Notes: generated from the sequence alone by a model not told the origin. DNA of 64,000 nt from an uncultured Lachnospiraceae bacterium (GCA_964413365.1 CAYPRM010000006.1:446-64445); one strand, 5' to 3'. Numbered from the stretch's first letter, positions 9,171-18,811 are shown. Made by a program: numbers and translations.

Positions 9171-10070
9171 ATGGTCAAAACAGACAAAGCAAATAAAACG
9201 AGTGATATGGATATAAAGCGTGCCAAGCACACCTCAACCGCCCTCACCGTGCTGAAAACGGCTCTGCGGTATTTTGGGCTGACGCTCTGGGCGATCGCAG
9301 TCCTGTTTCCATTCTATTGGATGCTGATATCATCCTTCAAAAGCTTCTCGGAATACAGCTCGGAGACCGTACCGCGCTTCTTCCCGAGGATATTCACGCT
9401 CGAAAATTACGTTGAGGCATTCACAGCCGTGCCGCTCGCACGCTACCTGCTCAACACGCTCATATTCACCGTAGCCACCACGGCGATAATGCTCGTTGTG
9501 ATCACGCTTGCGGCATTCGCATTTGCAAGGCTCGAGTTCGCAGGCAAAAATCTTGCCTTCACGCTCCTGCTCGCACTGATGATGATACCGAATGAGCTTG
9601 TTATAATCACGAATTATGTTACGGTGACGGAGCTTGACCTGCGCAACACCTTTACAGGTCTGATCCTCCCCTCGGTAACGTCGATATTCTATCTCTACCT
9701 GCTCAAGGAGGCGTTCGCACAGATACCCGACGAGCTATATCTCGCCGCACAGGTCGACGGATCGGGCGATTTCGGCTATCTTATGCACGTCATGATACCT
9801 ATAAGCAGTCCGACGATAGTTACGATACTCATACTCAAGGTCATAGAGTGCTGGAATTCCTATGTCTGGCCACGGCTCGTAACGGACGATGAAGCGTATT
9901 TCCTCGTCTCGGGCGGTATACAGTCCATACGTGAGAACGGATTTGGACGCGACAACATTCCTGCAATGATGGCGGCGGTAGTTATAATCTCGCTTCCCCT
10001 TATCGTGCTCTTCCTCATATTCAAGGACAGGATAATGGCAGGCGTCGCACAGGGAGGTACGAAGGGATGA
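9171..10070 (+). CDS. carbohydrate ABC transporter permease (MalG/UgpE-like)
   Basis: EAA loop AAQVDGSGDFGYLMHVMIPIS. Multiple TM segments. Confidence 0.88.
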   Translation: MVKTDKANKTSDMDIKRAKHTSTALTVLKTALRYFGLTLWAIAVLFPFYWMLISSFKSFSEYSSETVPRFFPRIFTLENYVEAFTAVPLARYLLNTLIFTVATTAIMLVVITLAAFAFARLEFAGKNLAFTLLLALMMIPNELVIITNYVTVTELDLRNTFTGLILPSVTSIFYLYLLKEAFAQIPDELYLAAQVDGSGDFGYLMHVMIPISSPTIVTILILKVIECWNSYVWPRLVTDDEAYFLVSGGIQSIRENGFGRDNIPAMMAAVVIISLPLIVLFLIFKDRIMAGVAQGGTKG

Positions 10071-11656
10071 AAAAGACTTATCTGAGGGTATTAGCGTTCC
10101 TTCTCGCCCTGCTCTTCGTGGCGATCCCCCTCGCCTCCTGCCACAGACGCCACGTCAGTCCTGAGCCGACAGTCCCCGAGGGCTTTGACGAGGCTCAAGT
10201 ATACGAGATAACGTTCTGGGCGAAGAACGAGAACAACAAGTCCCAGCGCGACGTTTACGAGGCGGCGGTGGCGGCATTTGAGGAGCTATACCCAAACATC
10301 AAGGTAACTCTCCGCAACTTCATCGACTACAACGATATATACAAGGACGTGATAACGAACATCTCGACGAACACCACGCCGAACGTCTGCATAACCTACC
10401 CCGACCACATTGCAACGTATCTTGAGGGCGAGAACGTGGTCGTGGCACTCGATGCATTTATCGAGGATGCAGAATACGGGCTTGGCGGCTCGGCACTTCG
10501 CTTTGACGGCGTTCGGAGAGACGAGATAGTGTCCGAATTTCTCTCGGAATGTGTGATAGACGGCAGGCAGTACGGGCTTCCCTTCATGCGCTCGACCGAG
10601 ATCTGCTACGTCAACAGGACGCTCCTTGAATCCCTCGGATACGAGCTTCCCGAAACGCTCACGTGGGATTTTGTCTGGGAAGTCAGCGAGCATGCGATGT
10701 CGCTCGGCAAGGTCGAGAAGGACGGCAAGCGTGTCTATGCGGCGAACGGGCAGACTGTTTTCATTCCCTTTATTTACAAATCGACGGATAATATGATGAT
10801 CTCGATGCTCCGTCAGCTCGATGCGCCCTATTCCGACGCGGACGGGAATATAGGGATCTTCGCTGACAGCACAAAGGATCTGCTCAAGGATATTTCCTCG
10901 CACGCAAGCAGCGGTGCGTTCTCGACCTTCAAGATCAAGGGCTATCCCGCAAACTTCCTCAATGCGGGGCAGTGCATTTTTGCGATAGACTCCTCTGCAG
11001 GCTCGACTTGGATGGGCTCGGATGCTCCGCTGATCGACATTGCCGAGGATAAGCTCGTGAGCTTTGAGACCGCGGTCATGACCATTCCGCAATACGATGC
11101 GGAGTCGCCGAAAATGATCTCGCAGGGCCCCTCAATCTGCATATTCAACAAGGAGGACAGCGGTGAGGTGCTCGCGTCATGGCTCTTTGCGCAGTTTCTT
11201 CTCACGAACGAGGTGCAGATAGCGTACTCGCAGACCGAGGGCTATGTCCCCGTCACGGAGAAGGCGCAGAGCTCTGCGGAATTTCTCGACTACCTCTCCC
11301 GTGCAGGTGAGGACAACGATCTCCACTACAAGGTGAAGATCGACTCCGTGAAGCTCCTTATCGACAACACGGAAAACACCTTCACCGCCCCCGTATTCAA
11401 CGGCTCGACCTCCCTGCGCTCCGCGTCGGGTGAGCTGATCGAGAGCGTTTGCAAGGATAAGCGTGCGGACGATGAGTACCTCGACGAGCTTATGCGCAGG
11501 ATAATGTCCCTATACAAGCTCGACAGGATCTCAGAGCAGCCGCTGGGAGATCTGCCCGAGGAGTCCGTCATTCTGCTCTCCGCTCTCGGCGTTTTCTGGT
11601 GCGGAATGGGCATATTTGCACTTATCGGATATATCAGAAAAAGAAAAATACGATAA
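10067..11656 (+). CDS. ABC transporter extracellular solute-binding lipoprotein with an extra C-terminal TM anchor
   Basis: ATGA overlap with the permease gene. Lipobox PLASC. Family-1-type SBP body. C-terminal VILLSALGVFWCGMGIFALIGYIRKRKIR. Confidence 0.8.
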   Translation: MKKTYLRVLAFLLALLFVAIPLASCHRRHVSPEPTVPEGFDEAQVYEITFWAKNENNKSQRDVYEAAVAAFEELYPNIKVTLRNFIDYNDIYKDVITNISTNTTPNVCITYPDHIATYLEGENVVVALDAFIEDAEYGLGGSALRFDGVRRDEIVSEFLSECVIDGRQYGLPFMRSTEICYVNRTLLESLGYELPETLTWDFVWEVSEHAMSLGKVEKDGKRVYAANGQTVFIPFIYKSTDNMMISMLRQLDAPYSDADGNIGIFADSTKDLLKDISSHASSGAFSTFKIKGYPANFLNAGQCIFAIDSSAGSTWMGSDAPLIDIAEDKLVSFETAVMTIPQYDAESPKMISQGPSICIFNKEDSGEVLASWLFAQFLLTNEVQIAYSQTEGYVPVTEKAQSSAEFLDYLSRAGEDNDLHYKVKIDSVKLLIDNTENTFTAPVFNGSTSLRSASGELIESVCKDKRADDEYLDELMRRIMSLYKLDRISEQPLGDLPEESVILLSALGVFWCGMGIFALIGYIRKRKIR

Positions 11657-11660
11657 AATA

Positions 11661-11688
11661 TTGACATTTTGCAAAAATCGTGTATAAT
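11661..11688 (+). promoter_or_regulatory. sigma-A-type promoter
   Basis: TTGACA, 16 nt spacer, TATAAT. Confidence 0.5.
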
Positions 11689-11728
11689 GTGTAGTGTAAA
11701 ATACTTTTCCATAAAGGAGAAACTGAAA

Positions 11729-12433
11729 ATGAAAAAAATAATTTGCTTACTCGCGATTGCATGCGTAATGCTCACGCTTGTTGCCTGCCCCGAGCCGGAG
11801 CCGGAGGTAAAGCCCCTCACACACAGCGAGTATATCGCCGCTGAGGATGGTGCTGAGGTTACCGTTGAGGCGTATGTTCAGGGACACCAGTCCTGGTGGT
11901 TCGATGATGAGGCCGGAATGGGCAAGATCACCATCTACGCTCAGGACAAGGACGGCGGATACTTCATTTATGAGGCTTCCTGCACCGAGGAGATCTCTAA
12001 GAGACTTACCGCAGGTACAAAGATCAGAGTTACGGGCACCAAGTCCACGTGGGCAGGTGAGGTCGAGATAACGAACGCCACGATCGAGGTCGTCGGCGGA
12101 GATACATTTGTACCCACTCCCTGTGATGTTACCTCGCTTCTCGGCAAGGATGAGCTTATCGACCATCAGAATGAGTTTGTTGTCTTCAAAGGACTTGTTT
12201 TCAAGGGAATTGAGTACAAGAACGGCTCGCGCGGAAATGATATCTACGTAACATTTGAGCACGAGGGAAAGACATACAGCTTCTGCGTTGAGAGCTATCT
12301 CACAGGTCCCGACTCCAAGACATATCTCGATGTTGAGGCACTTGTTGCGGATCAGGTCGTTGACGTTGAGGGCTTCCTCTATTGGTATGAGGGTGTAAAT
12401 ACCCACATTACAGGCGTTACGGTCGTAGAGTGA
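11729..12433 (+). CDS. hypothetical lipoprotein (two similar beta-rich halves)
   Basis: Start at MKKIICLL with an AAGGAGA RBS. Lipobox LVAC. No motif recognised. Confidence 0.7.
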   Translation: MKKIICLLAIACVMLTLVACPEPEPEVKPLTHSEYIAAEDGAEVTVEAYVQGHQSWWFDDEAGMGKITIYAQDKDGGYFIYEASCTEEISKRLTAGTKIRVTGTKSTWAGEVEITNATIEVVGGDTFVPTPCDVTSLLGKDELIDHQNEFVVFKGLVFKGIEYKNGSRGNDIYVTFEHEGKTYSFCVESYLTGPDSKTYLDVEALVADQVVDVEGFLYWYEGVNTHITGVTVVE

Positions 12434-12454
12434 TCGAAGCTCAACTACATAATA

Positions 12455-12489
12455 AAAATCGACAAAGGCTTGCCTTTGTCGATTTTTTT
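12455..12489 (+). terminator. rho-independent terminator
   Basis: AAAAATCGACAAAGGC-TTGC-CTTTGTCGATTTTTTT. Confidence 0.8.
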
Positions 12490-12495
12490 GGTTTG

Positions 12496-12545
12496 TGCGG
12501 TGCTAACCGTTGATTGGCAAGACGATATGCCGCTTCGCGACGAGG
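12496..12545 (+). repeat. degenerate copy (F) of multi-hairpin intergenic repeat family
   Basis: GTGCTAAC..TTGATT..GGC.AAG.CGA.TAT.GCCGC-TTC-GCGAC is colinear with GTGCTAACATCATTAGCCGAAGGCGACATATATGTTCGCTTTGCGAAC of copy A. Confidence 0.4.
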
Positions 12546-12556
12546 GGGAGAAAATA

Positions 12557-12588
12557 CCACCCCAACGGAGATATATCCATTGGGGTGG
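12557..12588 (-). terminator. hairpin downstream of the minus-strand lipoprotein gene (possible terminator)
   Basis: CCACCCCAA ... TTGGGGTGG 9-bp stem. Only a weak T tract on the minus strand. Confidence 0.35.
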
Positions 12589-12669
12589 TTAAATTACGTA
12601 TTAAAATTAAATATATCAATTCGTCGCTTTAGTCAATTCATCAAGGATTATTTTGACGCTTTTTTGCTC

Positions 12670-13185
12670 TTATCCAAAATGCTTATTGACGTAGCTGAGG
12701 TCGGTTGCGGAGCTGACGCGCTCGAACCCGATGGAGATCGTATAATCGACCTGCAACGTGCCCTCAAAGGGATTTCCCTTCCACTTCGTTCTTGTGGCGT
12801 TGAGCTTTCTCTCAAAGAGCTTACAATAGATACCGAACTTTTCATATTCGCCCTTGCCCTCAAAGTCCACCTCAACGTAGGAATACTTGCCCGGCTCCTC
12901 TGTATCCTCGATATAGCGGATCGAAACGGTCCTTGTATACCCTGCTGTTTCATTATCGCGATACGCAAAATATCCTGTACTGCCAGAGGAGAGTACCAGA
13001 TACAGCTCGATCCCGTCCGTTTCAAGTCTATCGACCTTATCGGTGTATTTCGTGAGCTTATACGTGCCTGACACCTGCTTTATTGTGCCGCTTGAAATTA
13101 CGTAGCATCCGCTGAAGGCAAGAGTTGACAGCATCAAAATGACAGCGAGTGCAAGAGAAGCTATTCTTCTTGAATATTTCTTCAT
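12670..13185 (-). CDS. hypothetical lipoprotein
   Basis: Signal peptide plus lipobox (LAFSGC). AAGGAGA RBS. 171 aa. Confidence 0.75.
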   Translation of the reverse strand: MKKYSRRIASLALAVILMLSTLAFSGCYVISSGTIKQVSGTYKLTKYTDKVDRLETDGIELYLVLSSGSTGYFAYRDNETAGYTRTVSIRYIEDTEEPGKYSYVEVDFEGKGEYEKFGIYCKLFERKLNATRTKWKGNPFEGTLQVDYTISIGFERVSSATDLSYVNKHFG

Positions 13186-13249
13186 AATATTTTTCTCCTT
13201 TCGTATTCAGATGCGATAGCTTAGGATATAATAAGTATATCCTACATAT

Positions 13250-13278
13250 ATTTTACCACATTATTGCAAATATGTCAA
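13250..13278 (-). promoter_or_regulatory. sigma-A-type promoter (extended -10) for the 12670-13185 lipoprotein gene
   Basis: Minus strand: TTGACA, 17 nt spacer, TGgTAAAAT. Confidence 0.5.
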
Positions 13279-13335
13279 TAGTGTAAATTTTCTCGGGGTA
13301 TCGGGGAATTTTGTCGGAAATTTTAAGGTTTCTTA

Positions 13336-13364
13336 TTGAAAAATCCCATCTTATGTGATAAAAT
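13336..13364 (+). promoter_or_regulatory. sigma-A-type promoter for the serpin-like gene
   Basis: TTGAAA, 17 nt spacer, TAAAAT. Confidence 0.45.
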
Positions 13365-13425
13365 TTAATTGTAGGCGGCCGTGCTGCCGCCGCTTGATAT
13401 TTATGCTTTTTTTAAGGAGAATGTG

Positions 13426-14748
13426 ATGAAAAGGATCTTATCACTGGTATTAATATGCTCAATGTGTCTCTGCCTTTTTTCCTGTATGCCAAATCTGAAG
13501 AAATATGCTATCAGGTTTGCGGACGGAGAGGCGAACCTTACCGACGCTGACGCGAAGGATGCGGAGTACATCGCCTTTATCGGCAAGCTCTCTAAATTTG
13601 CGGCAAGGCTCAGTGCAAGCGTCTGGAGCGAGCGTGGGAATGGCACGAATTTCTGCATTTCTCCCGTAGCGGTATATATGGAGCTTGCTCTTGCCTGCGA
13701 GTGCTCCGACGGTGAGACGCGCGACGAGCTGCTCTCCGCAGTCGGCGTTACCTACGAGGAGGTGGAGCGATTCACGAGCTATCTCTACTCCTTCACAAAC
13801 CACACCTACACCTACACCAATGAGGACGACAAAACGCAGAAGGCGGCGACGGGCAAGCTTTCAAGCTCGCTCTGGCTCGACACCTCCCTGCTTTACAGTC
13901 CCTCACGTGTGGAGAGGCTTGCAAGCATCTACAATTCCGACGTTTACGCCGCGTCCTTCTCGAGCGGTGATGCGGGCAAGATGATAAATCAGTACATTGA
14001 ATACAAGACCTCGGGCACTACCAAGGGTACACTCAATATATCCAAGGACACGGATATTGCTATGATAAGCACCTTCTATCTCTCCGAGGTATGGAACGCC
14101 ATCGGCAAGAGCCTTACGCAGTCGCTCGAGACCTATGATTTTCTCGAGACCGACGGCAACAAGGTCAAGCTTCAGATGCTGAGGAGCGGATATTCCGACG
14201 GGCGCGTGGTGGAGACGGACAGCTTTTCGTCCTTCTTCATTGAGACCGAGCACGGATACAGGCTTCATTTCATCGTTCCCAAGGACGATTACAAGCTGAA
14301 GAGCGTTTTCACGGCAGAGGTCATCTCCTACGTTCTCTCCATAAAGGATCACGGGCATATTGACGTCGCCGCACGTCAGCTTCACCGCACGAGGGTGATC
14401 TTCCCTGCGTTCGAGGCCTCCTTCTCGGGGGATCTCTCGGGTGTGCTCAAGGACACCTTCGGCATAAAGAGCCTTTTTGACGCGGAGAGGTGCGATCTCT
14501 CGGGCATCACGCAGCAGAATGTACACCTTACCTCCCTGCTCCACGCTTCCGAGATAAAGGTCGACAGATCGGGCATTGACGGCAAGCCTGCGACGCTCCC
14601 GACAACTCCCTCGACGCCCTCCCTCCCCGACTACGACGAGTATGAGGACGTTTACCACGAGCTGATGGTCGACCGCGCGTTCGGCTTCGTTCTCACCGAC
14701 GCATACGGCACGGTGCTCTATTCGGGTGTGATGAGTAATTTTGAATAA
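13426..14748 (+). CDS. serpin-fold lipoprotein
   Basis: Start at MKRILSLV (AAGGAGA RBS). Lipobox LFSC. Serpin-like FCISPVAVYMELALA, SSSLWLD and C-terminal MVDRAFGFVL (compare F.ADHPFLF). Confidence 0.7.
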   Translation: MKRILSLVLICSMCLCLFSCMPNLKKYAIRFADGEANLTDADAKDAEYIAFIGKLSKFAARLSASVWSERGNGTNFCISPVAVYMELALACECSDGETRDELLSAVGVTYEEVERFTSYLYSFTNHTYTYTNEDDKTQKAATGKLSSSLWLDTSLLYSPSRVERLASIYNSDVYAASFSSGDAGKMINQYIEYKTSGTTKGTLNISKDTDIAMISTFYLSEVWNAIGKSLTQSLETYDFLETDGNKVKLQMLRSGYSDGRVVETDSFSSFFIETEHGYRLHFIVPKDDYKLKSVFTAEVISYVLSIKDHGHIDVAARQLHRTRVIFPAFEASFSGDLSGVLKDTFGIKSLFDAERCDLSGITQQNVHLTSLLHASEIKVDRSGIDGKPATLPTTPSTPSLPDYDEYEDVYHELMVDRAFGFVLTDAYGTVLYSGVMSNFE

Positions 14749-14763
14749 AAAGTAAGGAAAAAT

Positions 14764-15501
14764 ATGAAAAAACGAACACGGATAGCTATAATTATTGCCT
14801 CGGTGCTCGTTCTGTGCATTGTGGGCGGAGGATTTGGATTTTACTACATGGGATTTTCGGGGATACACCACCACACCTCTCCCGAGGCAGGGCAGATAAA
14901 GGTCGCGTGCGTTGGCGACAGTATCACCTACGGACACGGAATAACGAATTGGAGTAAAAACAATTACCCCGCACAGCTCGGTGATATTCTCGGCGAGGGC
15001 TACCACGTTGAGAACTTCGGCGTCAGCGGAACGACTCTTTCGTACACGGGAGACAGACCATATATTGAGACCGAGGAATACAGGAGGAGCCTTGAATACG
15101 CTGCGGACATTCTCGTGCTCATGCTCGGCTCGAACGATTCAAAGCCGCAGAACTTCACGGGAAGTGCTGCGTATCTTGCGGATCTCGACGCTCTCATTTC
15201 CTCATACAGGGAGTCAAATCCCAACATGAAGATTTATCTCTGCACGCCTGCGACCGCCTTCTTTCCCGAGGGCATGAGCACGGGCAAGACGAATTTTAAC
15301 ATTCAGCCGAATGCGGTGGTGGAGATACAGTACTACATCATGAGCTACGCCGTATCCCACCTTACAGAGATCGAAAACATCATTGACATCCACGATCTCA
15401 CCTCCACTCACCCCGAGTGGTTCGAGACCGATCTCGTGCACCCCTCGAACGAGGGAGCGCGTGCTATTGCGGAGGCAGTGGCGAAAAAAATAACAGATTA
15501 A
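14764..15501 (+). CDS. SGNH/GDSL hydrolase with N-terminal TM anchor
   Basis: Block I CVGDSITYG, block III GSNDS, block V DLVHPS. Confidence 0.85.
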   Translation: MKKRTRIAIIIASVLVLCIVGGGFGFYYMGFSGIHHHTSPEAGQIKVACVGDSITYGHGITNWSKNNYPAQLGDILGEGYHVENFGVSGTTLSYTGDRPYIETEEYRRSLEYAADILVLMLGSNDSKPQNFTGSAAYLADLDALISSYRESNPNMKIYLCTPATAFFPEGMSTGKTNFNIQPNAVVEIQYYIMSYAVSHLTEIENIIDIHDLTSTHPEWFETDLVHPSNEGARAIAEAVAKKITD

Positions 15502-15548
15502 CAGATAATAGATAACAGATACAATGGCTTTACGAGGTGTTACTTTTT

Positions 15549-16823
15549 ATGGTTGAGCTTTTATCCCCTGCGGGGAATTTTGAAAAAATGAGGTCCGCTC
15601 TGCTCTACGGTGCGGACGCAGTATATCTTGCAGGCAGAGTGTTCGGCATGCGCTCCGCCGCGGACAATTTTACCAACGAGGAGCTTTTCGATGCGGTGGA
15701 ATATGCACATTCTCTGGGCAAAAAGGTCTATCTCACGGTAAACACCATGCCGCACGAGGACGAGTACGAGCTGCTTCGTCTCTATCTCCGCTCAATCTCA
15801 CGCTGTCCCATCGACGCTATGATCGTCGCAGATCTCGGCGTTATGGCGACAATCCGTGAGATCATACCCGATATGGAGATACACATTTCAACTCAGGCGA
15901 GCATCGTCAGCGTTGCCGCGGCGCGTGCGTATATCGCGCTCGGTGCAAAGCGTCTCGTGCTTGCAAGGGAGCTGACTATTGACGAGATAAAGAAGATCCG
16001 CGCGGGAATTCCCGACGATATCGAGCTTGAGGCGTTCATACACGGCTCAATGTGCGTTTCGTACAGCGGCAGATGCATGCTCTCCCACCACATAACAGGC
16101 AGGGACGCAAACCGCGGAGCGTGCGCTCAGCCCTGTCGCTGGAATTACACTCTGGTCGAGGAAAAGCGTCCCGATCTTCCCCTTCCCATTGAGGAAAACG
16201 AGCTTGGAACGTTTATTATGTCCTCCAAGGATATGTGCACTATCGAGCACGTGCCCGAGCTTATCGAGGCGGGCATCAGCTCCTTCAAGATCGAGGGCAG
16301 GATGAAGAGCGCGTACTACACGGCGGTCGTTACGAATGCATACAGAATGGCTATCGACGCCTACTACCGCGATCCCGAGCACTACACGACCGATCCCCTC
16401 TGGATGCGTGAGCTTGAGTCCGTCAGCCACAGAGAATACTGCACGGGCTACTATTTCGACTATCCCACGCACAGCTCCCAGCTCACCGCTACGACGGGCT
16501 ACATTCGCGAGAAGGCATATTTCGGAATTGCCTGCGAGCCTGACGAGGCGGAGCGCGCGGTGCTTGAAAGGCTCAACTCGGAGTGCTCCGACGGCTCGTC
16601 CTACTGCCTTTTTATGCAGAAAAACAAGGTGAGCGTCGGCGAAAGTGCGGAGCTTCTGACTCCAAACAGCGTCGGCAGGGCGTTCACCGTTACGGATATG
16701 CGTGATTCTGTGGGTGAGGTCATAGAGAGTGCGCCACATCCCTTTATGCACTTTTTTGTAAGGCTTCCCTTCACCGCTCGCACGGGCGACATCATACGCG
16801 CAGGCGAGGGGCAGAGAGCCTGA
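15549..16823 (+). CDS. peptidase U32 family protein (RlhA/TrhP-type)
   Basis: U32 signature EAFIHGSMCVSYSGRC. Confidence 0.88.
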   Translation: MVELLSPAGNFEKMRSALLYGADAVYLAGRVFGMRSAADNFTNEELFDAVEYAHSLGKKVYLTVNTMPHEDEYELLRLYLRSISRCPIDAMIVADLGVMATIREIIPDMEIHISTQASIVSVAAARAYIALGAKRLVLARELTIDEIKKIRAGIPDDIELEAFIHGSMCVSYSGRCMLSHHITGRDANRGACAQPCRWNYTLVEEKRPDLPLPIEENELGTFIMSSKDMCTIEHVPELIEAGISSFKIEGRMKSAYYTAVVTNAYRMAIDAYYRDPEHYTTDPLWMRELESVSHREYCTGYYFDYPTHSSQLTATTGYIREKAYFGIACEPDEAERAVLERLNSECSDGSSYCLFMQKNKVSVGESAELLTPNSVGRAFTVTDMRDSVGEVIESAPHPFMHFFVRLPFTARTGDIIRAGEGQRA

Positions 16824-16835
16824 TAGGAGACGGAT

Positions 16836-17744
16836 ATGCTTATTATCGAGCTGATATGGGCGATAGCTCTCGGAATTCTTGAGGGCTTAACGGAGTGGCT
16901 TCCCATAAGCTCCACGGGACATATAATACTTTTCAACGAATTTTTCCCACTCACCATCGGTGCGGACGTTCATCCCGAATTTGCGGATGAGTTTGGAGAG
17001 ATGCTTGAGGTGGTCATACAGCTCGGTGCGATAATGGCAGTCGTGGTGGTGTTTTGGAGCAAGCTCTCACCCTTTGGCAGGGGGAGGAGCGTATCGGAGC
17101 GTCGCGCGGTGCTATCCACGTGGCTAAAGGTCTGCGTGGCGTCCGTTCCTGCGGCGTTTGTCGGGATCGTGCTCGACAAGGCGGTCGAGAGCGTAACGGG
17201 CAAGGACATCGACGGCTGGCTCTACAACGCCACGGTGGTCGCACTGATGCTCATCATCTACGGCGTGCTGTTCATAATAATCGAAAAAAGGAACGCAGGC
17301 AGGCGTCCCACCATTCTGACGCTCGATGAGATAACATACCCCCGTGCGTTGCTGATGGGTGCGTTTCAGGCACTTGCGATAGTCCCCGGCACATCGCGCT
17401 CAGGCTCGACGATACTCGGCTCGATGCTCATCGGATCCTCACGCGAGATAGGTGCGGAGTTCACATTCTTTATGGGTATCCCTGCGATGGCAGGCGGAAG
17501 TCTTATCAAGGCGATAGGATTTTTCAAGTTCGTCGGCGGTGATAATTCCTACACCGTGCCGCTTGACGTTCCGTTTGATGCGTGGATAGTGCTCGCTGTT
17601 GCCACCGCGGTCGCATTTGCGGTCTCGATGGTCGCGATACGCTTCCTTATGCGCTTTGTCAAGGAACATTCCTTCGCTCCCTTCGGCGTATACCGCATCG
17701 TGCTCGGAGCTTTTGTGCTCCTGTACTTCTGGATAGTAAAATAA
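16836..17744 (+). CDS. uppP: undecaprenyl-diphosphate phosphatase
   Basis: LEGLTEWLPISSTGHIIL and PGTSRSGSTI motifs. Polytopic membrane protein. Confidence 0.93.
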   Translation: MLIIELIWAIALGILEGLTEWLPISSTGHIILFNEFFPLTIGADVHPEFADEFGEMLEVVIQLGAIMAVVVVFWSKLSPFGRGRSVSERRAVLSTWLKVCVASVPAAFVGIVLDKAVESVTGKDIDGWLYNATVVALMLIIYGVLFIIIEKRNAGRRPTILTLDEITYPRALLMGAFQALAIVPGTSRSGSTILGSMLIGSSREIGAEFTFFMGIPAMAGGSLIKAIGFFKFVGGDNSYTVPLDVPFDAWIVLAVATAVAFAVSMVAIRFLMRFVKEHSFAPFGVYRIVLGAFVLLYFWIVK

Positions 17745-17767
17745 AATAACAATCAGGAAATCAAATC

Positions 17768-18790
17768 ATGATAAAGATCGGAAATACCGAATTGAAGCAC
17801 GGCGTGATGCTCGCCCCGATGGCAGGCGCGACGGATCACCCGTTTCGCGAGATATGCCGTGCCTACGGAGCGGAATACACCGTCTCCGAGATGGTCTGCG
17901 CCAAGGCACTATGCTATGAACAGCTGAACAAGCGTTCCCTTGAGTCCTCCCCTGCTCGCACAGCACCGCTCGCGGCGGTCTGGGAGGGTGAGCTGCCTAT
18001 GGCGGTACAGCTATTCGGAAGCGATCCGCAGTATATGGCGGAGGCGGCGCGGCTCATTGAGTCCAACACCTACCGCGGCACACGCTCGGTCGCTCCTCCG
18101 ACGGCGATAGACATAAATATGGGCTGTCCCGTGCCCAAGATAGTTTCAAACGGTGAGGGCTCGGCGCTCCTTAAGGATCCTGCTCTTGCGGCAAGGATAG
18201 TTGAGGCGGTCGCAGGTGCGGTAAGGCTTCCCGTTACGGTCAAGATAAGGACGGGGTGGGACGCCTCGTCGATAAATGCGCCCGAGATGGCAAGGCGGCT
18301 TGAGGCGGCAGGGGCATCACTCATCTGCGTTCACGCACGCACGCGCGAGCAGCAGTACGCTCCGAGTGCCGACTGGTCGCAGATCGCCCGCGTCAAGGAG
18401 GCGGTGAACATTCCCGTTGTGGGCAACGGCGACATTTTCTGCGCGGCGGACGCTCCGAGAATGATACGTGAGACGGGGTGCGACGGCGTTATGATAGGTC
18501 GAGGCTCGCTCGGTGCGCCGTGGATATTTGAAAACGTCATCTCCCTGCTCGAGGGGGGCTGTGAGCGTGAGATCCCTCGCTACGAGGTAGTGAGCGTTGC
18601 GCTTCGCCACCTTGAGAGGATGGTCGAGGAAAAGGGCGAGCGTGCAGGCGTTGCGGAGAGCCGAAAGCACCTTGGCTGGTACATAAAGGGCTTCCGCGGA
18701 GGTGCGGAGATAAGGTGTGCGCTCAACAATGCACAGACGCTCGCAGAGATGCGTGAGATACTCTCCGCGCTTATTGATGCGGAAAAATAA
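17768..18790 (+). CDS. dusB: tRNA-dihydrouridine synthase
   Basis: LAPMAGATDHPFR, DINMGCP, HARTR motifs. Confidence 0.9.
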   Translation: MIKIGNTELKHGVMLAPMAGATDHPFREICRAYGAEYTVSEMVCAKALCYEQLNKRSLESSPARTAPLAAVWEGELPMAVQLFGSDPQYMAEAARLIESNTYRGTRSVAPPTAIDINMGCPVPKIVSNGEGSALLKDPALAARIVEAVAGAVRLPVTVKIRTGWDASSINAPEMARRLEAAGASLICVHARTREQQYAPSADWSQIARVKEAVNIPVVGNGDIFCAADAPRMIRETGCDGVMIGRGSLGAPWIFENVISLLEGGCEREIPRYEVVSVALRHLERMVEEKGERAGVAESRKHLGWYIKGFRGGAEIRCALNNAQTLAEMREILSALIDAEK

Positions 18791-18811
18791 TTACGAATGG
18801 AGAAGTCAGAT

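Noticed and set aside
13903-15006. 367-aa minus-strand ORF.
   Set aside because: It runs antisense through the serpin 3' half, the intergenic RBS and the SGNH hydrolase start. It is a shadow frame.
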